A stretch of 64,000 bases of DNA from contig CAMODB010000002.1 of assembly GCA_946611195.1 (NCBI GenBank), positions 16,301-80,300 of the forward strand, in the 5' to 3' direction. Each line of letters begins with the position of its first letter. Positions within the stretch are counted from its first letter, which is position 1. Both the position numbers and the translations under genes were made by a program. Below the pieces are notes generated by a model. It was not told the origin of the DNA and ran no database searches. It saw only the letters and a program-made list of their open reading frames with translations. The DNA is from an uncultured Bacillota bacterium. GTDB lineage: Bacteria; Bacillota_I; Bacilli_A; ML615J-28; CAG-313. Below, one piece after another: positions 40,092-48,576 of the stretch.

Positions 40092-42762
40092 AATTCTTAC
40101 CATGACATTTTTTATATTTTAAGCCAGATCCGCATGGGCATGGATCATTAGGGCCAATCTTTTTTTCTTTTTTCACAATTGGTTTCTTCTTTGTGTCTTC
40201 CATTGAACCACCAGAAGCTACTAAATTTTTCGCAATCTTTTCCCTTGCCCCCATACTGATTGGAATAGAACGTTGATTTAATACCGCAACAGTTTCATTT
40301 TCAATTGATTCAATCATTCTTGAGAACATTTCAAAACCAATTTCTTGATATTGACGTAATGGATTTTGTTGACCATATGATTGTAATGATACACTTTGTC
40401 TTAAAGTAGACATTTGATCGATATGTTCCATCCAATGTTTATCAACAACGGATAATAAAATTCGTTTTAAGAATTCTTTATAATTTTCTGGATCAGCATC
40501 CGCTTTCTTATGTTCCAAATTCTTATGGAAGATATTTGTGATAAATTCAATCGTTTCGTTTAAATTCTTTCCTTCGATATCATCAATTGATAACGCATTA
40601 ATGATTGCTTTTTGATTTTCTGTTTCTTTAATACGACGGGCAGTAAATGATTCACGACAAGCAAGGTTAGTACAAGTTGTTGGTACACCTTCATGAACTC
40701 TTTGAACCTTACCACATTTAGGACAGCTTACCATAATATAATCTTGGTCAAAATATTTAACCACGAATTCTTTCATGAAACGAATCTTATCGATTTCATT
40801 AGGATTAGACACATCCACAAATTTTGATACTTCACGACTAGCGACATTATCAATCATCTTAAGAATAGTTGGTTCAATATCATCAAGGAATAAGATATCA
40901 TTTCTTTGACCATAAATAACTTCTCTTTGTTTTCTTAAGACTTCATCATATTCAACAACACTCTTACGACGATCGTAGTTTTGTCCTTCAATTTTCTTTT
41001 GGGCACTTTCTACGACACTAGAGAAACCTTTATATTCAATTGGTTTCGTTTCTCCCGATTCATCTTTACCACCTGATGCGAGCATCAATAATCTTTCTAG
41101 ACGTTCACCACCGAAACGAATTAATAATTCATCTTTAGTTGATAAATAGAATCGTGAATAACCAGGGTCACCTTGACGTCCACTACGACCTCTTAATTGG
41201 TTATCAATACGTCTTGATTCATGTCTTTCTGTACCTAAAACAGCTAACCCACCTAATTCTTTAACCCCAGGAGCAAGTTTAATATCGGTACCACGACCAG
41301 CCATATTGGTTGCGATAGTAACAGCACCAATTTCCCCAGCATGAGCGATAATTTCTGCTTCTCTTTGATGTTGTTTAGCATTTAATACATTATGTTTAAT
41401 ACCATATTTTTTTAGATATGATGATATTAATTCACTGGATTCAATTGAAATTGTACCAACTAGAACTGGTTGTCCTTTTTCATGACGTTCTTTAATATCT
41501 TTCGCAAGAGCTTCATATTTAGCTTTTTCCGAGAAGAAAATTAAATCAGTATCATCGATACGACGAACAGGTTCGTTAGTTGGAATTTCCACAACTAACA
41601 TATTATAGATTTCTCTAAATTCTTCTTCTTCCGTTTTTGCGGTACCAGTCATACCAGCTAATTTAGAATACATTCTAAAATAATTTTGGAAAGTAATAGT
41701 CGCTAAAGTTCTTGTTTCTTTCTTAACTTCAACATGTTCTTTTGCTTCAATAGCTTGGTGTAAACCTTCACTCCATTGACGGCCATGCATCAAACGACCA
41801 GTAAATTGGTCAACGATAACAATCTTACCATCTTGCACAACATAGTCTACTTCATTCTTCATAATATAATTAGCTCTTAAAGCATTATTAATACGATGTA
41901 ATAATTCTACGTTAGAAATATCATATAGATTATTAATATGGAAATATTCTTCAGCTTTACTAATACCAGCTGGCGTAAGTGAAGCATGACGATCTTTTTC
42001 ATCTACTTCATAATCTTCATCTTTAATTAATCTTTTAACAAAGTTATTAGCTTGTTCATAAAGATTTTGGGTTTCTTTTGCGCCACCACTAATGATTAAA
42101 GGTGTTCTTGCTTCATCAATTAGGATGGAATCGACTTCATCGACAATCGCAAAATTCAATTCTCTTCTTTGAACCATATCTTCTTTATAAACAACCATAT
42201 GGTCTCTTAGATAATCAAAACCTAATTCATTATTGGTTGAATAAGTGATATCACAAGCATATTGAGCTCTCTTTTCTTCACTAGTCATATCTTTTAAATT
42301 TAAACCAACTGTTAAACCTAAAAATTTATGAATTTCACCCATTTCGCTCGCATCACGACCAGCTAGGTATTCATTGACTGTTACGATATGAACTCCTTTA
42401 CCACTTAATGCATTTAAATAAGCAACCATAACAGAAGTTAAAGTCTTACCTTCACCAGTCTTCATTTCCGCAATATTACCATAATGCATAGCAGCTGCAC
42501 CAATAACTTGTACCTTAAATGGAGTTAAACCACTTACTCTGGTTGATGCTTCTCTTGCTACCGCAAAAGCTTCAACCAAAATATCATCTAAAGTTTCACC
42601 ATTTTTTAATCGTTCTCTAAAGATGTTTGTTTGTGCCTTTAGTTCATCATCGCTCATTGCTTTATAATAATCAGCAAGTGCAAGAACTTTATCGGCAATT
42701 TTTGTACATTTCTTTAATTCTTTATTGGCAGGATCAAATAATTTTGCTAAACCTTTTGCCAT
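40090..42762 (-). CDS. secA: Preprotein translocase ATPase SecA
   Basis: 890 aa with the DEAD motor (MKTGEGKTL, VDEVDSILIDEARTPLIISG) and the C-terminal zinc motif CPCGSGLKYKKCHG. It also has an extra internal CPKC...CTNLAC motif. Confidence 0.97.
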   Translation of the reverse strand: MAKGLAKLFDPANKELKKCTKIADKVLALADYYKAMSDDELKAQTNIFRERLKNGETLDDILVEAFAVAREASTRVSGLTPFKVQVIGAAAMHYGNIAEMKTGEGKTLTSVMVAYLNALSGKGVHIVTVNEYLAGRDASEMGEIHKFLGLTVGLNLKDMTSEEKRAQYACDITYSTNNELGFDYLRDHMVVYKEDMVQRRELNFAIVDEVDSILIDEARTPLIISGGAKETQNLYEQANNFVKRLIKDEDYEVDEKDRHASLTPAGISKAEEYFHINNLYDISNVELLHRINNALRANYIMKNEVDYVVQDGKIVIVDQFTGRLMHGRQWSEGLHQAIEAKEHVEVKKETRTLATITFQNYFRMYSKLAGMTGTAKTEEEEFREIYNMLVVEIPTNEPVRRIDDTDLIFFSEKAKYEALAKDIKERHEKGQPVLVGTISIESSELISSYLKKYGIKHNVLNAKQHQREAEIIAHAGEIGAVTIATNMAGRGTDIKLAPGVKELGGLAVLGTERHESRRIDNQLRGRSGRQGDPGYSRFYLSTKDELLIRFGGERLERLLMLASGGKDESGETKPIEYKGFSSVVESAQKKIEGQNYDRRKSVVEYDEVLRKQREVIYGQRNDILFLDDIEPTILKMIDNVASREVSKFVDVSNPNEIDKIRFMKEFVVKYFDQDYIMVSCPKCGKVQRVHEGVPTTCTNLACRESFTARRIKETENQKAIINALSIDDIEGKNLNETIEFITNIFHKNLEHKKADADPENYKEFLKRILLSVVDKHWMEHIDQMSTLRQSVSLQSYGQQNPLRQYQEIGFEMFSRMIESIENETVAVLNQRSIPISMGAREKIAKNLVASGGSMEDTKKKPIVKKEKKIGPNDPCPCGSGLKYKKCHGKN

Positions 42763-42822
42763 ATAATCACCTCAATATTTAATATATTATCTAGTATAAT
42801 ATATCATATTTTTTAAAACTTT

Positions 42823-43440
42823 TCAACTAATCTTTCTTCTTTCCTCGTGTTCAATTATTGAATATTTACATCCACAATAATCTTGTCGATATAAATCGTA
42901 TTCTTTCGACATTTTTATAGTTTCTTGATAACCATTATCTTTTTTGAAATTAGAATATAGAGGCTTTGAATTACCAACATCTTTATTTAAGATTTCATTA
43001 ATCCAAATACTATTTTTATATGGACTAACACTCATTACACTGGAATAATAATTAAAGCCTTTTTCTTCCGCATATTCTTTTAATTTTTTTAAACGAAATT
43101 CATAACATTTATAACAGCGTAAACTACCTTCTGGAAGATTTTCACAGCCTTTTATTGCTTCTTCATATAATTTATAATCTTCTTTTATGGCAATAATGTC
43201 AATATCTTTATCGATAACATCTCTTATTTTCTTTTGATATTCTAATCTTTTATCAAATTCTTCTAAGGGATAAATATTAGGATTATAATAAAAGATTGTA
43301 ATTTTAAAAGCTTTATGTAACATTTTTAAAACATGAGAACTACATGGTCCACAACAAGAATGAAGTAAAAGAGTCGGTTTCTCTTTTTGTAATTCTAAAT
43401 CTTTAATTAATTCTTTTAATTTTAGATATTCTTCATCCAT
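42823..43440 (-). CDS. queH: Epoxyqueuosine reductase QueH (DUF208)
   Basis: 205 aa with cysteine motifs HSCCGPCSSH, CYKCYEFRL and DYCGC. TGA stop. Confidence 0.85.
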   Translation of the reverse strand: MDEEYLKLKELIKDLELQKEKPTLLLHSCCGPCSSHVLKMLHKAFKITIFYYNPNIYPLEEFDKRLEYQKKIRDVIDKDIDIIAIKEDYKLYEEAIKGCENLPEGSLRCYKCYEFRLKKLKEYAEEKGFNYYSSVMSVSPYKNSIWINEILNKDVGNSKPLYSNFKKDNGYQETIKMSKEYDLYRQDYCGCKYSIIEHEERRKIS

Positions 43441-44119
43441 TATTTTTAAACCATCCTAAGAGTGAATCATAAGATTTAAATTTTATGTAGCCATCTTCTT
43501 CTTTATCACAATCAGATTTCAAGAAAGCTTTCATCCCTAATTTAATAGGAGCACTCATGTCTACATAACAATCATTACCGACATACGCAATATCACTATT
43601 CTTAATTCCTTTTAAATATTTTAAATAAACATTAAAAATCATTTCGCTCGGTTTTCTTAATAAATGATCCCCAGTAGCAAGTACCTTCTTAAAATATTTT
43701 AATATTCCTAATTGATTTAATTCTTTTTCTACTTCGATTGTTGAAAACATCGTATTACTTAAAACATATAAATCATAATGATTATTGATTAAATATTCTA
43801 AGAATTCTTTTACACCATCAATTAATCTGATTTGATATACTCTTTTAACAAATTCATGTTCTATTTCTTCACTATTTTTTTCACTTTTCTTGCCGTAAGC
43901 GAAAATTAAATAATTCAAATAGCTTTGAAAATTTACTTCTAAATCACTATTTTTTCTTCTTTCAAAGACATCATAAAAAGAATCAATAAATTTTAAATAA
44001 TCGTCATAACTTTCTTTAATATCTAAGATTTCATCATAAAGATATTTAAGTCCTTTTTGAAAATCAAAATTCTCGTTTTCAAGGAGTGTTCCTCCAACAT
44101 CAAAAATAATGGCTTTCAT
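43433..44119 (-). CDS. HAD superfamily hydrolase
   Basis: MKAIIFDVGGTLL (DxG/DxD motif I), SNT (motif II), GND (motif IV). Start at ATG 44119, preceded by AAGGAAGG; the track ORF runs to 44170. TGA stop overlaps the queH start. Confidence 0.8.
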   Translation of the reverse strand: MKAIIFDVGGTLLENENFDFQKGLKYLYDEILDIKESYDDYLKFIDSFYDVFERRKNSDLEVNFQSYLNYLIFAYGKKSEKNSEEIEHEFVKRVYQIRLIDGVKEFLEYLINNHYDLYVLSNTMFSTIEVEKELNQLGILKYFKKVLATGDHLLRKPSEMIFNVYLKYLKGIKNSDIAYVGNDCYVDMSAPIKLGMKAFLKSDCDKEEDGYIKFKSYDSLLGWFKNNG

Positions 44120-44188
44120 AACGCAACCTTCCTTATAAAAATGGTATATTCTAAATTTAGAATACACCATAATTATTAATAATTAATT

Positions 44189-44731
44189 TTATTCTAATGA
44201 TTGTAATAAACCATAACCACCATTCTTACGTTTATAAACTACACAGTAAGTATGACTTTCTTCATTTTTAAACATATAGAATTCATGGTCAGATAATTCC
44301 ATTTCGGTAATAGCTTCATCAACACTCATTTCCATAACATCTAAATGCTTAACCTTAATTTCGGGAGTTTTTTCTACTTCTTCTACTTCGTTAGCCTTAG
44401 TAACAAAATATTGAGAAATACCTTCACGTTTACGAATAATGTCATTAACTTTTTTCTTGTGACGAATAAGTTGTTGTTCAATCTTATCAACAGCTTGATC
44501 AATAGCTGCATATAAAGTATCACCATTACATTCAGCACGTAGTACTACATGTTTTAAAACAATAGTGATTTCACATTTGAACTTTTGGCTTTTTTCAATA
44601 CATAACACATTTACTGTGACATTCTCACTCCTATTAAATAATTTGTCAAGGGCTACAACTTGTTCGTTGATATGAGCCTTAACTGCGTCACTCATCTTAA
44701 CGCTACCTTTTGTTTTTATAATAATGTTCAT
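44189..44731 (-). CDS. hpf: Ribosome hibernation promoting factor, long form (YvyD/HPF)
   Basis: 180 aa with an N-terminal S30AE domain and a C-terminal dimerisation domain (YCVVYKRKNGGYGLL). Lies upstream of secA-prfB as in Bacillus. Confidence 0.92.
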   Translation of the reverse strand: MNIIIKTKGSVKMSDAVKAHINEQVVALDKLFNRSENVTVNVLCIEKSQKFKCEITIVLKHVVLRAECNGDTLYAAIDQAVDKIEQQLIRHKKKVNDIIRKREGISQYFVTKANEVEEVEKTPEIKVKHLDVMEMSVDEAITEMELSDHEFYMFKNEESHTYCVVYKRKNGGYGLLQSLE

Positions 44732-44819
44732 AAGATGTCCTCCTTTGTAAGCACTTTCATTACTTACATTTATATTTTATCATATAAATAAATTAAAGTA
44801 AAGTAGATAACTAAAATTA

Positions 44820-45095
44820 CTAACCAATTAAAACAAAACAATAATTATCAGGAAATGAAAGAAAAGAAAATACCGTTTCAAATTCATAAAGGGAAGAAAA
44901 ATAAAAGAAATTTAAACGATTAGCAATGATATAATCAATTAAATCATTTTTAATAAATAACTCATGTTCTTTGTTTTCAAAGATTAAATATTGCGTTTTA
45001 CCGATAATAAAGCTTCTAAATGCTAATTTCGTATCGTAAGAATCTAAATCTAAATAATTAATAATTTTATTCCACAATCTTTCTAATTTATTCAT
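44820..45095 (-). CDS. Hypothetical 91-aa protein, possibly translated from a leaderless mRNA
   Basis: ORF with no SD. An extended -10 (TGATATAAT, 45109-45101) ends 5 nt before the ATG at 45095. No family recognised, and the ORF could be spurious. Confidence 0.35.
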   Translation of the reverse strand: MNKLERLWNKIINYLDLDSYDTKLAFRSFIIGKTQYLIFENKEHELFIKNDLIDYIIANRLNFFYFSSLYEFETVFSFLSFPDNYCFVLIG

Positions 45096-45135
45096 AATTC
45101 ATTATATCATTCAATTGTTAATTAAATGTTAAGTA

Positions 45136-45172
45136 TTAAAAAGTCCTTTTTTAATTAAAAGGACTTTTTTTG
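45136..45172 (-). terminator. Bidirectional-looking rho-independent terminator after leuS
   Basis: AAAAAGTCCTTTT-AATTAA-AAAAGGACTTTTT with T-runs on both strands. Confidence 0.7.
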
Positions 45173-45190
45173 TTATTTAAATATTTCCTA

Positions 45191-47608
45191 TTATAATACG
45201 ATACTTACAAGTTTATTAGGTACAACAATAACCTTTTTAGGACTCTGATTATTTAGATAGAATTGAATCTTTTCCCGACCTAAAGCAATCTTTTCTAATT
45301 CTTCTTTAGCTAAACCTATCTCTACTTCTACCTTATCACGAATCTTACCATTGATTTGAATAACAATTGTTACGACATCATCTTTAGTCTTATCACTTTC
45401 AAAACTTGGCCAAGGCTCATAAGTAATAGTTTGTTTATTACCAATAAATTCCCATAATTCTTCACCAATATGTGGAGCAAAAGGATAAACCAATTTAATA
45501 AATCCTTCTAAGAATTCTTTTGGCATAATTGGATGTTTATAAGCTTCATTCGTAAAGATCATTAATTGCGCAATAGCTGTATTAAAATGAAGAATTTCGA
45601 TATCTTCTGTAACTTTCTTAACACTTTGATGATATATTTTTTCTAGCGTTTTATCATTATCATCAACTTTAACAATCTCTGTAACTAATCTAAAGACACG
45701 TTCTAAGAATCGACGACCACCTTCAACCGAAGTTGTTGACCATGGTTTCATTGCGTCAAGAGGTCCCATAAACATTTCATAAACTCTTAATGTATCCGCA
45801 CCATATTCATTAACAATATCATCTGGGTTAATAACATTACCAAGTGATTTAGACATCTTTTGACCATTTTCACCAAGAATCATTCCTTGATTAAATAATT
45901 TATGGAATGGTTCTTTAGTCTTAACGATGCCGCAATCATATAATACTTTATGCCAGAAACGAGCATATAATAAATGAAGAACAGCATGTTCAGCTCCTCC
46001 AATATATAAATCTACAGGTAGCCATTTATTGATAACATCTTGAACTTTCTTATCACTTAAATCTTTATATTCACCATTATCAGCAAGTAAATAAGCAATG
46101 TAATACCAACATGAACCAGCCCATTGTGGCATTGTATTACTTTCTCGATGACCTTTAACACCATCACTACGTACCACATTAATCCAATCTGTTGCGTTAA
46201 CAAGTGGACTTTCACTAGTACCTGATAAAGTAATCTTACCCATTTCTGGTAATACTAATGGTAATTCACTTTCATCAAGCAAGCTAACTTTTCCATCATT
46301 CCAGAAAATAACCGGGAATGGTTCACCCCAATATCTTTGACGAGAGAAAATCCAATCTCTCAAGCGATAATTAACACTTAATTTACCAATACCATTTTTA
46401 GTTAAATATTCTCCCATTTCTTTAATAGCATCTTTTTTATTCATACCATCAAGGAAACCAGAATTAATATGAAGTCCATCCGCTGTATAAGCTTCTTTAC
46501 TGATATCGCCGCCAGCAAGAACAGGAATAATATCTAAATTAAATTTCTTTGCGAAAGCATAATCACGTTCATCATGAGCAGGAACAGCCATAATAGCACC
46601 CGTACCATAACTTGATAATACATAATCAGCAATCCAAATTGGAATCTTCTTACCATTTACTGGGTTAATAGCATAAGCACCAGTAAAACAACCAGTCTTT
46701 TCTTTATTAAGTTCTGTTCTATCTAAATCAGATTTAGCTTTAGCATAATTTTGATATTCTTCTACTTGCTTTCTCATTTCTGGTGTGCAAATCTTATTAA
46801 CTAAAGGATGTTCAGGAGCAAGTACACAATAAGTAGCACCAAATAATGTATCACAACGAGTAGTAAAGACCGTGAATTTTTCATCATGATCAGCTACTTT
46901 AAAATCAACTAAGGCTCCTTCACTCTTGCCAATCCAGTTTCTTTGCATTTCCTTAATTGATTCTGGCCAATCAAGTTCTTCCAAATCATTTAATAATCTT
47001 TCCGCATATTTAGTGATTTTAAGAACCCATTGTTTCATTGGTTTCTTTTCAACAGGGAAATTTCCTCTTTCGGATACCATCTTACCATCAACATTAATGA
47101 TTTCTTCATTAGCAAGAACAGTACCTAAACCACTACACCAATTCACTTCAATTTCTTTGACTTCCGCAAGACCTAGATTATATAATTTACAGAAAATCCA
47201 TTGTGTCCATTTATAATATTTAGGATCACAAGTAGCTACTTCTTTACTCCAGTCATATGATAAACCTAACATCTTAATTTGACGTTTGAAATTCGCAATA
47301 TTTTGATAAGTAAAGATAGCTGGATGATTACCAGTCTTAATCGCATATTGTTCGGCTGGTAAACCAAAAGCATCCCAGCCCATAGGATGAAGAACATTGA
47401 AGCCTCTCATTCTTTTATAACGCGATATGATATCAGTGGCAGTATAACCTTCTGGATGTCCTACATGTAGACCAGCACCACTAGGATAAGGGAACATATC
47501 CATACAATAATATTTAGGTTTAGAATCATTTAAATCGACTTTAAATACTTCTTCTTTGTCCCATCTTTCTTGCCATTTCTTTTCTATTTTATGATGATCA
47601 TAATTCAT
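45191..47608 (-). CDS. leuS: Leucine--tRNA ligase
   Basis: 805 aa with HVGHPEGY (HIGH) and KMSKSLGN motifs. Confidence 0.97.
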   Translation of the reverse strand: MNYDHHKIEKKWQERWDKEEVFKVDLNDSKPKYYCMDMFPYPSGAGLHVGHPEGYTATDIISRYKRMRGFNVLHPMGWDAFGLPAEQYAIKTGNHPAIFTYQNIANFKRQIKMLGLSYDWSKEVATCDPKYYKWTQWIFCKLYNLGLAEVKEIEVNWCSGLGTVLANEEIINVDGKMVSERGNFPVEKKPMKQWVLKITKYAERLLNDLEELDWPESIKEMQRNWIGKSEGALVDFKVADHDEKFTVFTTRCDTLFGATYCVLAPEHPLVNKICTPEMRKQVEEYQNYAKAKSDLDRTELNKEKTGCFTGAYAINPVNGKKIPIWIADYVLSSYGTGAIMAVPAHDERDYAFAKKFNLDIIPVLAGGDISKEAYTADGLHINSGFLDGMNKKDAIKEMGEYLTKNGIGKLSVNYRLRDWIFSRQRYWGEPFPVIFWNDGKVSLLDESELPLVLPEMGKITLSGTSESPLVNATDWINVVRSDGVKGHRESNTMPQWAGSCWYYIAYLLADNGEYKDLSDKKVQDVINKWLPVDLYIGGAEHAVLHLLYARFWHKVLYDCGIVKTKEPFHKLFNQGMILGENGQKMSKSLGNVINPDDIVNEYGADTLRVYEMFMGPLDAMKPWSTTSVEGGRRFLERVFRLVTEIVKVDDNDKTLEKIYHQSVKKVTEDIEILHFNTAIAQLMIFTNEAYKHPIMPKEFLEGFIKLVYPFAPHIGEELWEFIGNKQTITYEPWPSFESDKTKDDVVTIVIQINGKIRDKVEVEIGLAKEELEKIALGREKIQFYLNNQSPKKVIVVPNKLVSIVL

Positions 47609-47612
47609 TCGA

Positions 47613-48491
47613 TCACGACCTTTCTCTAATATTATTTTGATCTATTTGCGATATAGTTTTAAAAATATAACTACCGGTAATAATAATACCAATAATTTGG
47701 AAGATATAACCCCCAAATAACATTTGTAACCAAGTAGATATAATATAAGGAAAACTACAATAAATAACTATTTTGATAGTTTTACCAAATTTAATTTTTA
47801 TTTGACGATATAAAATCATACATAATAAAGCATAAATAATTATTTCTACTAAATAAGAAATAATACCTTGAATAATTATAATAGCGACAATTATTGGTAA
47901 AAATTTATTAATTAAGCTTAAGGAAAAATTTTCTAATACTTTTTTATGATTAATATTTAAAGTTGTTAAATTAGTACTATTAAAACTTAAATTATTAAGA
48001 TTCAATTCTCGATAAGTTTTTGTTGCTAAAGCTTTATAACTTACATTATCTTTATTAACATTTGCGTAATAAAGACTTAAAGAATCTTTTCCAAATAAAA
48101 CAATGATATTTTGGCCATTATTTATTTTATATTCATCTAAATTATAATCAATATCTATTGAATTATCCATATTATAAATAAGAACAGCATCAATCATAAA
48201 CGAATTAAAGATGACTTGTCCTTTTAACATCTCTATTTTATAATCAGGTTCAATATTATTTAATTGATAATCTTTTATTTCATAATTAATACTTTTTTTA
48301 ATATTGCTGTCGCCAAAATTGGAATCAAAGTTTCTAACATAATTTAAACTATTAGTTCCAGTTAAGATATTTGGTAATAAATAAAGCAGTAAAAAAAAGA
48401 TAAAAATTCCTAAAGTTACTCCTTTTTTATCATTAATATAATTAATGATTCCCTTTGGTGACACCATTAATGTTTTTATTCTTTGATACAT
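47613..48491 (-). CDS. DUF1189-like polytopic membrane protein
   Basis: Start set at [14 protein letters not shown] (ATG 48491); the track ORF start at 48689 would overlap the divergent gene. One N-terminal TM, an extracytoplasmic Asn-rich domain, and 3-4 C-terminal TMs. TGA stop lies 4 nt before the leuS ATG. Confidence 0.6.
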   Translation of the reverse strand: MYQRIKTLMVSPKGIINYINDKKGVTLGIFIFFLLLYLLPNILTGTNSLNYVRNFDSNFGDSNIKKSINYEIKDYQLNNIEPDYKIEMLKGQVIFNSFMIDAVLIYNMDNSIDIDYNLDEYKINNGQNIIVLFGKDSLSLYYANVNKDNVSYKALATKTYRELNLNNLSFNSTNLTTLNINHKKVLENFSLSLINKFLPIIVAIIIIQGIISYLVEIIIYALLCMILYRQIKIKFGKTIKIVIYCSFPYIISTWLQMLFGGYIFQIIGIIITGSYIFKTISQIDQNNIRERS

Positions 48492-48576
48492 ATTTCTATT
48501 CACTTTCTTAATTATTATATCATAAATCCTAAGAAATAATAAATTTTTTGATATAATAATAAATGAGGTGAATAAA

